This document shows positions 1 to 9,676 of a DNA stretch of 64,000 nt, piece after piece. The notes under the pieces are model-generated. The model was not told where the DNA came from and did no database searches. It was given only the letters and a program-made list of their open reading frames with translations. Made by a program: the position numbers and the translations under genes. The number at the start of each line of letters is the position of its first letter. Within the stretch, counting starts at the first letter, position 1. Source of the DNA: Eubacteriales bacterium. Lineage in GTDB: Bacteria > Bacillota > Clostridia > Oscillospirales > CAG-382. The stretch spans positions 18,988-82,987 of the forward strand of contig JBAYZO010000001.1 of NCBI GenBank assembly GCA_041672465.1, written 5' to 3'.

Positions 1-313
1 CAAACTTAAAGTTGTCCGGAAGCTTGTCGGCGTTAAGGGGAAGCTGGTCAAAGGTGTCGAGATCCATAAAGTAATAGAGCTCGCCGTCCGCGTAGCTGTA
101 TTCCATTTCTTTTCTTTCCACCACTGCCAGCGGAAACTTGGCGGAGGGGTTAAAGGTCATTTCCACCACGCTGCCCGCTATGACGTTCCTTAACTTTGTC
201 CTGACAAACGCGGCTCCCTTGCCGGGCTTGACATGCTGGAACTCTATAATCTGCATTACGTTTCCGTCCATTTCAAAAGTTAAACCGTTTCTAAAATCCC
301 CCGCTGTAACCAT
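1..313 (-). CDS. efp: Elongation factor P, N-terminal part (the gene runs off the left edge)
   Basis: Reverse-strand translation from the ATG at 313-311 reads [61 protein letters not shown]..., the canonical EF-P N-terminus (HVKPGKGxAFVRTKL). It is absent from the ORF track because no stop codon lies inside the window. Confidence 0.9.
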   Translation of the reverse strand, partial: MVTAGDFRNGLTFEMDGNVMQIIEFQHVKPGKGAAFVRTKLRNVIAGSVVEMTFNPSAKFPLAVVERKEMEYSYADGELYYFMDLDTFDQLPLNADKLPDNFKF

Positions 314-489
314 ATGCAAAAAACCTTCCTTTTTATAAATATGCTTTTCCTTAAAGACACTTCCCATATTAATGAGACTATATAATATACTGATATAACA
401 GAATTTTACATTAAAAAGTTTTCGTTGTCAATGCTTTTTAAAACGCGAAAAGTTAAAAATTACCCGTTTAGTCGTGTTTTTATAACGTT

Positions 490-1563
490 TCAGCAAATTT
501 CAATGAGTTCTTTTGGGGATTTCGTAAGGTTTTCCACCCCGCCGGGGGTGATGACAACCATATCTTCTATCCTGACCCCGAACTTGTTTTCAATATATAT
601 TCCCGGCTCGACGGTCATAACCGCGCCCGGCGGTATAACGGTTTCTGACTTTGGCGAAAAGTTCGGCCTTTCATGAATCTCAATTCCCAAGGAATGACCA
701 AGCGAGTGGCCGAAATATTTGCCGTACCCGGCTTTGGCTATAACGTCCCTCGCGATACCGTCCGCCTCTCTCCCCGTCATTCCGCCTTTAATCGCGGAAA
801 GCGCCGAAATTTGGGCTTCCAGCACCACTGAATAAACATGCCGCATTTCATCGTCAGCCCTGCCCAGCACAACTGTTCTTGTCATATCAGAACAATACCC
901 CTTGTATTTTGCCCCGAAATCCAGCGTTATAAACGAGTTTTCGCGAATCGCCTTGTCCTGCGGGGTGCCGTGGGGAAAAGCCGAGGAAAGCCCCGACACC
1001 GCTATGGTATCAAACGCGACGCCGTCCCCGCCGTTTGTCTTAATAAAAAACTCAATCTCGGCCGCGATACGCTTTTCGGTGACTCCGGGCTTTATAACGT
1101 TTAAAATATAACTGAAAGTCTTGTCCGTTATCGCCTGCGCTTTTTTAATTTTTTCAATTTCATCGCTTGTCTTGACCGATCTTAGTTCCCCGCAAATGTT
1201 TTCCATTGGGACAAACTCTCGGCCCTTGCAATTTTCTTTTAAAAACTCAAACCTTGAAAGGCTTATAAGCGCCGAGTCAAGGGCGGCTCCCCCCTTTGGG
1301 GCATATGAATTCAGCGCCTCAAACACCCCGCCCGCGAGCGGGTAAAGAACCACGTCGCCGTAAAGGCCGCCGTTTGATTTTTCTTTTTCCGCCGCCGCCA
1401 AATAGCGGGAATCCAAAAACAACAGCGTGTTTTCTTCCGTCACTATCACAAGCGAGTCGGTGGAATAAAACCCCGTCAGCCAGTACTGCGAAACCTCATC
1501 GAAAAACACCCCGATGTTTGCCTTTTCTTTTATTTTGCGGTAAACCTGCCTGCCTTTTGTCAT
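490..1563 (-). CDS. pepP: Xaa-Pro aminopeptidase / M24B family metallopeptidase
   Basis: 357-aa ORF with pita-bread fold motifs: DFGAKYKGYCSDMTRT, HSLGHSLGIEIHERP and VEPGIYI..FGVRIED. It has the usual pepP-efp adjacency, and its start overlaps the hslO stop (ATGA). Confidence 0.85.
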   Translation of the reverse strand: MTKGRQVYRKIKEKANIGVFFDEVSQYWLTGFYSTDSLVIVTEENTLLFLDSRYLAAAEKEKSNGGLYGDVVLYPLAGGVFEALNSYAPKGGAALDSALISLSRFEFLKENCKGREFVPMENICGELRSVKTSDEIEKIKKAQAITDKTFSYILNVIKPGVTEKRIAAEIEFFIKTNGGDGVAFDTIAVSGLSSAFPHGTPQDKAIRENSFITLDFGAKYKGYCSDMTRTVVLGRADDEMRHVYSVVLEAQISALSAIKGGMTGREADGIARDVIAKAGYGKYFGHSLGHSLGIEIHERPNFSPKSETVIPPGAVMTVEPGIYIENKFGVRIEDMVVITPGGVENLTKSPKELIEIC

Positions 1564-2486
1564 TTGGCTTCCTCCAACAGCTTTAAAATGTCGCCTTTAG
1601 TGTAAATATATTTTTTGTCGCAAAACCGGCAACACATTTCGGTTTCGGTCTGCGAGGTTAAAATTGAGTTTAGCTCTTCCCTGCCCAGCGAGACAAGCGC
1701 GGAGCTTGTCTTTTCCCGGCTGCATTTGCAGACATACCCGCAATGAATTTCTTCCGTTATAACATATTCCGCCCCATCAAGGTATCTTGAAAGGACATAT
1801 TCAAGCGTCCCGCCTTTATTGTTTTCGCCCTCTTTCAGCATGGATGTCAGCGGCGGCAAGCCGCTGAGGTTAAACTCAAGCTTTTCCGCAAGCGATTGCC
1901 TGTCTCGGCTGCCGCGACTTTCGCCCTCCCCGACCACAGATGGTAAAAGCTGAATAATTACCCCGCCCGCCGCGAGACAGCTCCCCTCACGGGCGACAAG
2001 CACCCCCAGCGCGCAGAGCGTGGGCGTCTGTTCGCTTTTTACAAAATACCCGGCGATATCCTCGGCAATCTCCCCGGAAACAATTTCAGAAACCCCGTGG
2101 TAGATTTTCCCCTCCCCCGAGTCGCGGCTTACGGAAAGGTTGCCTTTCCCCACCGCGCCGCCTACGTCAAGCTTTCCGTTTGGCTTTAGCGGCAGGTTAA
2201 AAGACGGGTTTTCAATATACCCGCGGACGTTGCCCGAAAAATCAGAAGACGCGAAAATCTTCCCCGCGCCTCCGTCTCCGCGGAACGCCAAGGTGAGGAG
2301 GTCGTCTTTATTCTTTTGCTGCATAACGCCCATAATCGACGCAGCGGTGAGAACCCTCCCCAGCGCGGCGGAACACACAGAGGTGGTGGAGTGGATACGG
2401 ATTGCCTCGTTTACAATATCACTTGAATCCTCAATAAAAATCCGCGCCAGCCCGTTTTTCGTGACGGCTTTTAATATCACAGCCAT
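1560..2486 (-). CDS. hslO: Redox-regulated chaperone Hsp33
   Basis: 308 aa. The N-terminal Hsp33 core (IHSTTSVCSAALGRVLTAASIMG) is followed by the C-terminal zinc/redox switch cysteines CGYVCKCS ... CCRFCDKKY. Confidence 0.85.
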   Translation of the reverse strand: MAVILKAVTKNGLARIFIEDSSDIVNEAIRIHSTTSVCSAALGRVLTAASIMGVMQQKNKDDLLTLAFRGDGGAGKIFASSDFSGNVRGYIENPSFNLPLKPNGKLDVGGAVGKGNLSVSRDSGEGKIYHGVSEIVSGEIAEDIAGYFVKSEQTPTLCALGVLVAREGSCLAAGGVIIQLLPSVVGEGESRGSRDRQSLAEKLEFNLSGLPPLTSMLKEGENNKGGTLEYVLSRYLDGAEYVITEEIHCGYVCKCSREKTSSALVSLGREELNSILTSQTETEMCCRFCDKKYIYTKGDILKLLEEAK

Positions 2487-2499
2487 TAAGACAAATAAC

Positions 2500-3270
2500 C
2501 TATAACTTTCTGTTTTTAATTAAAACATAATACGCTTTGGGGTCGGTGGGTTTTTGGGGGCTTCTTTGGGTGTCGCCGTAAACCGCCGCTATATCAAACC
2601 CCGCTTTTTTGGCGGCGGCAAGCAGCGTTGACGGCGAGTGGTTTTTTTGAGTCTGAACGCTGTCTTCCCGAATATATAACTCTTTTGCCCCCCCGCGAAA
2701 CGGTTTTTGAAGTTTAAACTTTGTGAGGAAAAAACGGCATACCCGCGTTTTATCGTTATATTCGTTTCTCCAGATTAAAAACGAATTTTTATCCTCATAG
2801 GTATAGGTGTTTGCCGAATAAATTTGTCTGTAACTATAGTCCGTGTTTACGTCAAAGACAAAAACCCCGCCTTCCTCCATAAAAAGCCCAACCCTGCCAA
2901 AGACTTTTTCAAGATCCTTTTTGCCCGGCAGATAGTTAAGCACGTCAAAAGACGAGACGCACCCCCTTACCGTGCCGAACAGGTCAAGCTCTCTGATATC
3001 CTGACATATTGCCCGGATATCAATGTCCCGCGAACCAATCTTGCCCTCTAAAAGCGACAGCATTTCCTCCGAATTATCGACGGCGGAAACGCTGTACCCC
3101 ATGTCCGCCAGCCGGAGCGAAAGCTCGCCCGTCCCGCAGCCCAAATCAAGCACTTCGGTTATATTTTTGCCGTGTTGGCGGAAAATTTCATCGGCAAAAC
3201 GCGCGTAGCCGTCATAGTCGGCGGTGTTAAAGGCGTCGTATTTTTCCGCGAGCAGGCTAAAACCGTCCAT
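2500..3270 (-). CDS. Class I SAM-dependent methyltransferase, substrate unknown
   Basis: 256 aa with SAM-binding motif I (VLDLGCGTGELS), followed by an acidic loop (AVDNSEEM). Confidence 0.7.
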   Translation of the reverse strand: MDGFSLLAEKYDAFNTADYDGYARFADEIFRQHGKNITEVLDLGCGTGELSLRLADMGYSVSAVDNSEEMLSLLEGKIGSRDIDIRAICQDIRELDLFGTVRGCVSSFDVLNYLPGKKDLEKVFGRVGLFMEEGGVFVFDVNTDYSYRQIYSANTYTYEDKNSFLIWRNEYNDKTRVCRFFLTKFKLQKPFRGGAKELYIREDSVQTQKNHSPSTLLAAAKKAGFDIAAVYGDTQRSPQKPTDPKAYYVLIKNRKL

Positions 3271-3276
3271 TTTTTA

Positions 3277-6039
3277 TCAGTTTACCCTCACCACCACAAG
3301 AACCGGCTCGCTTTGGGTAAACATGTTTTCGGCGACGACCGAAAAGCTGTCCACGCCTTTAAACCCGCTTGCCGGAGTATAAACAAAACTTCCGTCATAA
3401 CTCAGCTTAAGCGTGCCGTATTTGGGAGATTCCGACACCGTAACCCTGTACGCGAGGCTTGTTTGAGGGGCCACTTTCCCGGTGTAAACCCCGTTTTCAA
3501 ACTTATAACCCGAAAGCACCGGATTCCCCGTATCGCCGAGACCATAGCAGTTTTCTTTTGTGAAAAGCCCTTTTGAGTAGAGATAAATCTCATCGTACGC
3601 GGAGCGGACAAAGGCGTCGTTTGACTTATACGCGTTATAAATGTCGCCGGGAACCCCGCCCTGATAATACATCTTCACGGCGTGCATATATCCCGTCTCC
3701 TCGCCCGCTATGAGGTATTCCTTGATTTTTTTGACAGACGCGTAAGAAGTGCCGTTGCTCTCAAATTCCACGCACATTCCGAATGATTTGGTGTACGCGG
3801 CGTTATCGTAAAGGCGGGAGACCGGAACGTCGTTAAAGGCGTAGTTCGGCTGCATACAAGCGGCGTCAAAACCAAAGCTTTCCCATATCTCGTACCCCTG
3901 CGCCCTGTACCAAGGAATCCAGAACAGCACATATCCTTTTTCGTGGAGATAATCCGAAGCGTATCTTATAATTTCCCTGTCCTGAGGGTCCGACCCCGCG
4001 CTCTCCTCAAACCAGTAAAATCCTTTTAGTTCAAGGTTTTGATATCCGCCGGAATTAAACTTCGCTATTTGCTCGTCAATTATCCATTTTACGGCTTTTT
4101 TCCGCCCTGCGACGGTGGCAAAGTCCTCGTTTTTCCCGTCTCCGTCAACGTCGCCGAAATTGTTTTTCACCCCGTCTATCGTCGGGAAGGTGTAAAGAAT
4201 CGAAAAGAACACCGAAACCTTATAGTCATTCTTGTTCAGTTCCCCCTTGACCTGACCCACCGTTTTGTTCAGCGCGTCTACGTTTCTGTTTTGAGTGAAC
4301 TGATTGTCGATATAAAAGTTCCAGCCGGCAAGCGTTTTGGCGTAATCCGAATAGTTATACGCCGTGTAGGGAAGGTAGAGAAAACCGTCCATAAAAGTGT
4401 CTTTAAGCTTGCCGCTCTTGTCGTAGTACCCCACATAGGGGAGGTATTCGTCAAGTGTGATAAGCCCGGATTCGGTTTTTTGGCCGTTGGCGTCACGCAA
4501 ACAGTGGTAAGACAGCATCACGTTGTTTACCCCGAGGAAATCCTCCGGCATTAGGTAGCCGTCTTTGTCGCCCAAAACCGCGACGGCGGCTTTCGCGTCT
4601 TCGAAATAGTTAATAAAATCAGGCGACGCGGCGGCGGGGTCTATTTTCTTTGTGCCGAACACCTCAATTTCACTGCACCAGACATGGGAGGACACCTGAA
4701 GAAAGACAATTACATATCTCGCTTTATATTTTTTGTCAAAATTAAACGATGACTTTATAATTTTCAGCTCGGAGGTTGAGGAAATACTCGTCTCCCCCGC
4801 TTTGCCGTAATTAACCCCGTCCTCGGAGACATAAACCGCAACCTTTGACGGCGGGGCTATGCCCGTGGCGGTTTGTTTTAAAAATTCCCCCGAAAAGGAC
4901 GTGACCGTTGACAGCGCGCCCAAGTCAAACAGTATAAGCCTGCCCTCGGACTGTGTAAAGTGGAAATACGCGGGGTTCTGATAAGTGTTTGAAAGAGTGG
5001 CGTAACTGCCGTCGGTAAGCTTTTTTTCCGAAATTTGGGTGTTATAGTAATCGGTTTGATGAGCCGAGCCTATGGGAATAATGGGCTTTATCTGATAAGG
5101 CAGCTTTGAGAGCAGATTTTTTGTCACCGAGTAATCTTTGTCGTTCGCGTCCCAATAGGTTTGATTGGTTATTTCCGGCGATAAAAATGTCCCGTAATAA
5201 CTCACCCCGCCCGTCGCGGGATATTTGAAAAACTCAACCTCGCTTAAAAAGAACCACACAGAGCTGCTTTTGCCGAACGAAAGCCTGACATATCTTGCCG
5301 AAACCGTTCCCTGAAGCTTTAGCTCGTAGTAGTAAACCTCGTCAGACCCCGCGTCGGCGGCGGGGTAGGAAGTTGAAACATAGGTGTAATCTGTCCCGTT
5401 GTCGGAAATTAAAAGATCCATCGAGGCGGCAAGCCCGACCCCGTAACCCGATTTGCATAGCGAGGTGACCCTGAGATCGGCGAGCCCGTCGGTAACGCTC
5501 CCCAAATCAAAGGTTATAACGGCGTTTGCTTGGTTATACAGCCCCGCCCAATGCTCTGTGTCAAAAGTGGTGTAGACATCCCCGTCGGTCAGCTTTGTGT
5601 TGCCCGGGTCGGGGTAATCGTCTGACGGGGGGGCTTTATATGTGTAGGACGCTCCGGCAAGGGCGTTAACGGGGGGATTAGTCTTGTCGGCTTTCGGGTT
5701 GTACATGGCGTTGATCCTTTCGGCGGTCGGGTTTTCGCCTATTTTTAAAATCCCAAGCAAATGGAGCCTTATTATAATGTAATCGGCGCTGTTTATGACG
5801 CCGTTTTCATCGACGTCGGCGGCCGATCTTTCCCCCTCGCTCAGCGCTATCGTGCCGAGCAGCGTAAGGCGGACGATAATATAATCGGTTATGTCGATAT
5901 ATCCGTTTCCGTTTACGTCTCCCTTGGCGCGGGTCTGCGGGGTGTCTCCGGCCGCGCCCGCCAAAGTCAGCCCGGAAAAACCAAACAAGACCGCAACCAT
6001 AACGGCAATACTTATTACTTTGATATTTCTGCTTCGCAT
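3277..6039 (-). CDS. Secreted multidomain protein: signal peptide, N-terminal dockerin-like EF-hand pair, two discoidin/jelly-roll-like carbohydrate-binding repeats, large DUF4855-like (glycosidase-like) region and a C-terminal Ig/cadherin-like domain
   Basis: 920 aa. Signal peptide is MRSRNIKVISIAVMVAVLFGFSGLTLAGA. Duplicated dockerin segments are DVNGNGYIDITDYIIVRLTLLG and DVDENGVINSADYIIIRLHLLG (about 5740-5928). K/LTDG-containing repeats appear twice. The DUF4855 assignment is from memory of that family and is tentative. Confidence 0.6.
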   Translation of the reverse strand: MRSRNIKVISIAVMVAVLFGFSGLTLAGAAGDTPQTRAKGDVNGNGYIDITDYIIVRLTLLGTIALSEGERSAADVDENGVINSADYIIIRLHLLGILKIGENPTAERINAMYNPKADKTNPPVNALAGASYTYKAPPSDDYPDPGNTKLTDGDVYTTFDTEHWAGLYNQANAVITFDLGSVTDGLADLRVTSLCKSGYGVGLAASMDLLISDNGTDYTYVSTSYPAADAGSDEVYYYELKLQGTVSARYVRLSFGKSSSVWFFLSEVEFFKYPATGGVSYYGTFLSPEITNQTYWDANDKDYSVTKNLLSKLPYQIKPIIPIGSAHQTDYYNTQISEKKLTDGSYATLSNTYQNPAYFHFTQSEGRLILFDLGALSTVTSFSGEFLKQTATGIAPPSKVAVYVSEDGVNYGKAGETSISSTSELKIIKSSFNFDKKYKARYVIVFLQVSSHVWCSEIEVFGTKKIDPAAASPDFINYFEDAKAAVAVLGDKDGYLMPEDFLGVNNVMLSYHCLRDANGQKTESGLITLDEYLPYVGYYDKSGKLKDTFMDGFLYLPYTAYNYSDYAKTLAGWNFYIDNQFTQNRNVDALNKTVGQVKGELNKNDYKVSVFFSILYTFPTIDGVKNNFGDVDGDGKNEDFATVAGRKKAVKWIIDEQIAKFNSGGYQNLELKGFYWFEESAGSDPQDREIIRYASDYLHEKGYVLFWIPWYRAQGYEIWESFGFDAACMQPNYAFNDVPVSRLYDNAAYTKSFGMCVEFESNGTSYASVKKIKEYLIAGEETGYMHAVKMYYQGGVPGDIYNAYKSNDAFVRSAYDEIYLYSKGLFTKENCYGLGDTGNPVLSGYKFENGVYTGKVAPQTSLAYRVTVSESPKYGTLKLSYDGSFVYTPASGFKGVDSFSVVAENMFTQSEPVLVVVRVN

Positions 6040-6198
6040 TCGCCATGACCTCCATAACCGTGTTACGCTATTATATACTTTTTTTTTGCTTATCGCAATA
6101 ACTTTTCATAACAAAACACTAAATTAATGTGTTTGCCCCGAAAAAATTCTCCTCCGCTCATATTAAAAGAGCGGTTTTTTAATATAACGCTCCTTTTA

Positions 6199-6227
6199 TT
6201 GACTTTTCGCGTACGGCGTGATATAGT
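6199..6227 (+). promoter_or_regulatory. Predicted sigma-A promoter for the AEC transporter gene
   Basis: TTGACT (6199-6204), 17-nt spacer, TATAGT (6222-6227). Confidence 0.45.
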
Positions 6228-6307
6228 TTAAATCGACAGGTTTCGCATGTTTAAAAAAACCAGCGAAACGCTTTTTACTTAAAATTTCAACACCGAAAGG
6301 CTGCTGT

Positions 6308-7249
6308 ATGAATGTTCAGGTCTCCGCGGTAACGGGCGCCATACTCCCGCTGTTTTTAATTCTTCTGCTCGGCGTTTTTATAAGAAAAGCGGGGGTGATA
6401 GACTGGCAGACAACCAAAAAGCTGTCATCACTTTTGGTTAACGTGACCCAGCCGTTTTTAATTATAGCGTCTTTCCAAACCAAAATTACCTCCGACAAAG
6501 TGCTTATCGCCCTTAACATTGTGGCGGCCAGCGTTATTATGCATGTCGCTTTTTCGTTTTTGGCGGGTTTGATTTTTAAAAAGTCCCACAAGTCGGACAA
6601 GGCCACGCTTGAGTTCGGGCTTATCTTCGCCAACTGCGCCTATTTGGGCTATCCGGTGCTGGCGGCCGTTTTTCCGCAGAGCGGACTTTTTTACGGGGCG
6701 CTCTTCAGCCTTGTGTTTAATATTTATATCCGTATTTACGGTATATTCCTTTTAAACAAGGGTAAAAAAGAAAAACACGCCATACGAAAGGCGTTTATAA
6801 ATTCGGGGACGGTGGCGTCCGCCATTGGTATTTTTATGTTCGCCGCGTCAATAAAGCTGCCCGCGGTAATTTTTGACACGCTCACCTCGGTGGGGAGCCT
6901 GACTTTCCCTCTGTCGATGATAATCGTGGGGAGTCTGCTGTGCAACCAACCGTTTAAAAACCTGTTCGCGAAAAAGCTTTACACTTTTTCGCTGGCTAAG
7001 CTGATTCTTCTGCCGCTGCTGACGCTTACGGTCTGCGCCATATTCCGGGTTGACAAGGGGCTTACATATATCTGCGTTATAATGGCGTCAATGCCCACCG
7101 CCGCCAACACCGCCATATTCAGCGAGCTGTATAAAGCGAATTCCCCGCTTGCCGCGTCGCTGGTTAGCGTTTCCTCATTGTTTTCGGTGCTTACCATCCC
7201 GGCGATGCTCGCGCTTACGGATTTAGTGACAACACTGTTTGGCAGTTAG
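6308..7249 (+). CDS. AEC (auxin efflux carrier) family permease
   Basis: 313 aa, about 10 predicted TM helices arranged as two similar halves. The N-terminus (ILPLFLILLLGVFIRKAGVI) is typical of the AEC/PF03547 family. Confidence 0.7.
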   Translation: MNVQVSAVTGAILPLFLILLLGVFIRKAGVIDWQTTKKLSSLLVNVTQPFLIIASFQTKITSDKVLIALNIVAASVIMHVAFSFLAGLIFKKSHKSDKATLEFGLIFANCAYLGYPVLAAVFPQSGLFYGALFSLVFNIYIRIYGIFLLNKGKKEKHAIRKAFINSGTVASAIGIFMFAASIKLPAVIFDTLTSVGSLTFPLSMIIVGSLLCNQPFKNLFAKKLYTFSLAKLILLPLLTLTVCAIFRVDKGLTYICVIMASMPTAANTAIFSELYKANSPLAASLVSVSSLFSVLTIPAMLALTDLVTTLFGS

Positions 7250-7297
7250 CCCTCCGGCAAAAAGCCCGCGAGCCGGTGGAAAGGAGCGGTTATAAAA

Positions 7298-7735
7298 ATG
7301 ATAAGGCACCCCGCCAAAACCAGAGCAACTCTTGGTTTCGCCGCGCTTTTATTTGTTTTTCTTTTTCTTCTGGCTTGTGTTCTTCTCTCTTCCTGCGACA
7401 GCCCTTATATAACTGTTTCGGTAAAAATAACCGTGCCGGACTCCGAGACGGGGTTCAGCGGGATTATTTATGAAAATAAAACCTATTCCCACCGCTTGGG
7501 CTCGCCCACGGTAAACGGAGTGCTCGAAGGCCTTGATTCAAACGGAAAAATCAACTATTCCATAGAAGAAAACCTTGCGGCCATTAACGACTTTGGTTTT
7601 TTTGATTCCCTTGATAACTCCTACTCAAGAGCATGGGTGGTTACAATCAACGGCGCGCCGGCCGAAAACGGCTTTTTCGCGGGTGTTTCAGAGGGCGATA
7701 TAATTGAGATCACCTATACGGTGTTTATTCATTAA
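7298..7735 (+). CDS. Small lipoprotein, DUF4430-like (transcobalamin-like beta-grasp) domain
   Basis: 145 aa with a lipobox (VLLSSC-D). The C-terminus WVVTINGAPAENGFFAGVSEGDIIEITY resembles DUF4430. An AAGGAG RBS lies upstream. Confidence 0.5.
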   Translation: MIRHPAKTRATLGFAALLFVFLFLLACVLLSSCDSPYITVSVKITVPDSETGFSGIIYENKTYSHRLGSPTVNGVLEGLDSNGKINYSIEENLAAINDFGFFDSLDNSYSRAWVVTINGAPAENGFFAGVSEGDIIEITYTVFIH

Positions 7736-7758
7736 AAAAAACCCCGGCCTTGGCCGGG
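7734..7758 (-). terminator. Rho-independent terminator serving clpX (minus strand)
   Basis: On the minus strand, a CCCGGC-caag-GCCGGG hairpin is followed by a run of 8 T. Confidence 0.55.
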
Positions 7759-7781
7759 ATTCCGACTTTAGTCGGGATGAT

Positions 7782-7822
7782 CGACTTTTGTCGGTTAAAC
7801 CGACAAAAGTCGGTTTTTTTTT
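7782..7822 (+). terminator. Rho-independent terminator for the 7298..7735 gene
   Basis: 13-bp stem CGACTTTTGTCGG / CCGACAAAAGTCG with loop TTAAA, followed by T9. The T-run abuts the clpX stop codon. Confidence 0.65.
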
Positions 7823-9056
7823 ATGAGACCATTTCAGAAGTAATCTTAAGTTCCTTTACCCCTTCTTCCGAGGGGAGCTTATACATATGCCCGAGCATAA
7901 TTTTTTCAATTATATTTCGCAGCCCTCTCGCGCCGGTGTTAAGCGATATCGCTTTGTCGGCGACTTTTTCAAGGGCTTTTTCCTCAAAATCAAGCTTTAC
8001 GCCGTCCATTTCAAGGAGCTTGGCGTACTGCTTTATAATGGCGTTCTTGGGCTTTGTAAGTATGGCGATAAGCGCCTCCCGATCCAGCGGGTCAAGCGCG
8101 CAGACGACGGGTATGCGGCCTACGAGTTCGGGTATAAGCCCAAACTTGACAAGGTCGTGCGGGGTGACTTCGCGGAGCACCCTTGACTTGACTTTTTGCG
8201 CCTTTGTGAGCACATTGGAGGAAAAGCCTATCGACTGTCTCCCCAATCTTCCCTCCACAAGCGTTTCAAGCCCGTCAAAAGCGCCGCCGCAAATAAACAT
8301 AATGTTTGAGGTGTCTATTTGAATAAATTCCTGATTCGGGTGCTTTCGCCCCCCCTGCGGGGGCACGTTTGATATGGTTCCCTCAAGAATTTTAAGGAGC
8401 GCCTGCTGAACCCCCTCGCCGGAGACGTCCCGCGTAATAGAGCGGTTTTCGCTTCGGCGGGCGATTTTATCTATTTCATCAATATAAATAATTCCTTTTT
8501 CAGCCTTTGAGATATCATAATCGGCGGCTTGAATAAGCTTTAACAAGATATTCTCAACGTCCTCGCCGACATATCCCGCCTCCGTGAGGGTGGTCGCGTC
8601 GGCTATGGCAAACGGCACGGAGAGGACTTCCGCCAGCGTTTGGGCGAGAAGCGTCTTCCCCACTCCGCTGGGGCCGAGCAGCAGTATGTTTGATTTTTGA
8701 AGTTTTACGTCGTCTTCCTCGGACTTTTTCTTGGTTTTTATAAGCGTGTTTATACGCTTATAGTGATTATAAACCGCCACCGACAGGGCGATTTTGGCGT
8801 CGTCCTGACCAACCACATGGTCGTCAAGCTTTGCCTTGATTTCAGCCGGCTTGAGGAGCGGAATGGGCTTTTGCTTTACTCCTTTGCTTGTCTTTTCGGC
8901 CATTATATCTTCATACTCATAGGTTATTGCCGTGCATATGGTAATGCAATCTTCGCAAAAGCTCATATCCCGGCCTTCTATTTTAAGCTTGACCGGGTGT
9001 TCGGTATATCTGCCGCAAAACGCGCAGTTTTTTCCCGTGGTTTTGTTGTGTTCCAT
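7821..9056 (-). CDS. clpX: ATP-dependent Clp protease ATP-binding subunit ClpX
   Basis: 411 aa. N-terminal zinc-binding domain (CAFCGR...CEDC), Walker [11 protein letters not shown] and Walker [11 protein letters not shown]. Sits in the conserved tig-clpP-clpX order. Confidence 0.95.
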   Translation of the reverse strand: MEHNKTTGKNCAFCGRYTEHPVKLKIEGRDMSFCEDCITICTAITYEYEDIMAEKTSKGVKQKPIPLLKPAEIKAKLDDHVVGQDDAKIALSVAVYNHYKRINTLIKTKKKSEEDDVKLQKSNILLLGPSGVGKTLLAQTLAEVLSVPFAIADATTLTEAGYVGEDVENILLKLIQAADYDISKAEKGIIYIDEIDKIARRSENRSITRDVSGEGVQQALLKILEGTISNVPPQGGRKHPNQEFIQIDTSNIMFICGGAFDGLETLVEGRLGRQSIGFSSNVLTKAQKVKSRVLREVTPHDLVKFGLIPELVGRIPVVCALDPLDREALIAILTKPKNAIIKQYAKLLEMDGVKLDFEEKALEKVADKAISLNTGARGLRNIIEKIMLGHMYKLPSEEGVKELKITSEMVS

Positions 9057-9059
9057 TAA

Positions 9060-9644
9060 TTATTGCCTTTTTTCAAAAACTTTGTCTATAAGTCCGTATT
9101 CAAGCGCTTGAGCGGGGTCGAGGAAGTTATCCCTTTCGGTGTCGGCGCAGATTTTTTCGTAGGGCTGGCCTGTCTTTTCGGCAAGTATCCTGTTTAGTTT
9201 TTCCTTGATTTTTATAATTCTTTCGGCGTGTATTTTAATATCCGTCGCCTGTCCCTGCATTCCGCCCAGCGGCTGATGAATTAAAATTTCCGAATTCGGG
9301 AGGGCTATTCGCTTTCCCTTTGCCCCCGCCGCGAGCAAAAACGCCGCCATTGATGCCGCGATGCCCACGCAGGTCGTGGAGACATCGCACTTGATATAAT
9401 TCATCGTGTCGTAAATCGCCATTCCGCTTGTTATAGAGCCGCCCGGCGAATTTATATAAAGATAAATATCCTTGTCCGCGTCATCGGCCTCAAGATATAT
9501 TAACTGGGCTATCGCCAGCGACGCCGTCACATCGTTTATCTCGCCGCTTAAAAAGACAATCCTGTCGTTCAGCAGTCTTGAAAAAATATCATAAGACCGC
9601 TCGCCCCTGTTTGTCTGTTCTATGACTATCGGCACCAATGCCAT
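9060..9644 (-). CDS. clpP: ATP-dependent Clp protease proteolytic subunit
   Basis: 194 aa. Catalytic Ser context [11 protein letters not shown] and His context ILIHQPLGG. Confidence 0.95.
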   Translation of the reverse strand: MALVPIVIEQTNRGERSYDIFSRLLNDRIVFLSGEINDVTASLAIAQLIYLEADDADKDIYLYINSPGGSITSGMAIYDTMNYIKCDVSTTCVGIAASMAAFLLAAGAKGKRIALPNSEILIHQPLGGMQGQATDIKIHAERIIKIKEKLNRILAEKTGQPYEKICADTERDNFLDPAQALEYGLIDKVFEKRQ

Positions 9645-9676
9645 ATGCTTGCCCTTCTTTCTTTAATTTTGTTGAA

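Noticed and set aside
5807-6055. 82-aa ORF overlapping the 5' end of the 920-aa gene in another frame, with ATG right after GGAGG.
   Set aside because: Its translation is Arg/Gly-rich low-complexity sequence. The overlapping frame encodes a clear signal peptide and dockerin, and the GGAGG is also correctly spaced (9 nt) for the ATG at 6039.
7750-8322. Long antisense ORFs opposite well-supported genes. Examples: 4039..4554, 7750..8322, 10139..10714, 13291..13866, 19606..20187, 30229..30828, 32045..32653, 34330..34908, 38852..39517 and 47054..47668, each 170-220 aa.
   Set aside because: Each lies entirely inside, and antisense to, a gene with unmistakable family motifs (clpX, tig, atpD, atpA, purB, the ABC transporter and so on). 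Their translations are low-complexity (Ser/Pro/Arg-rich) with no recognisable motifs or RBS. Such ORFs are expected by chance at this GC content.
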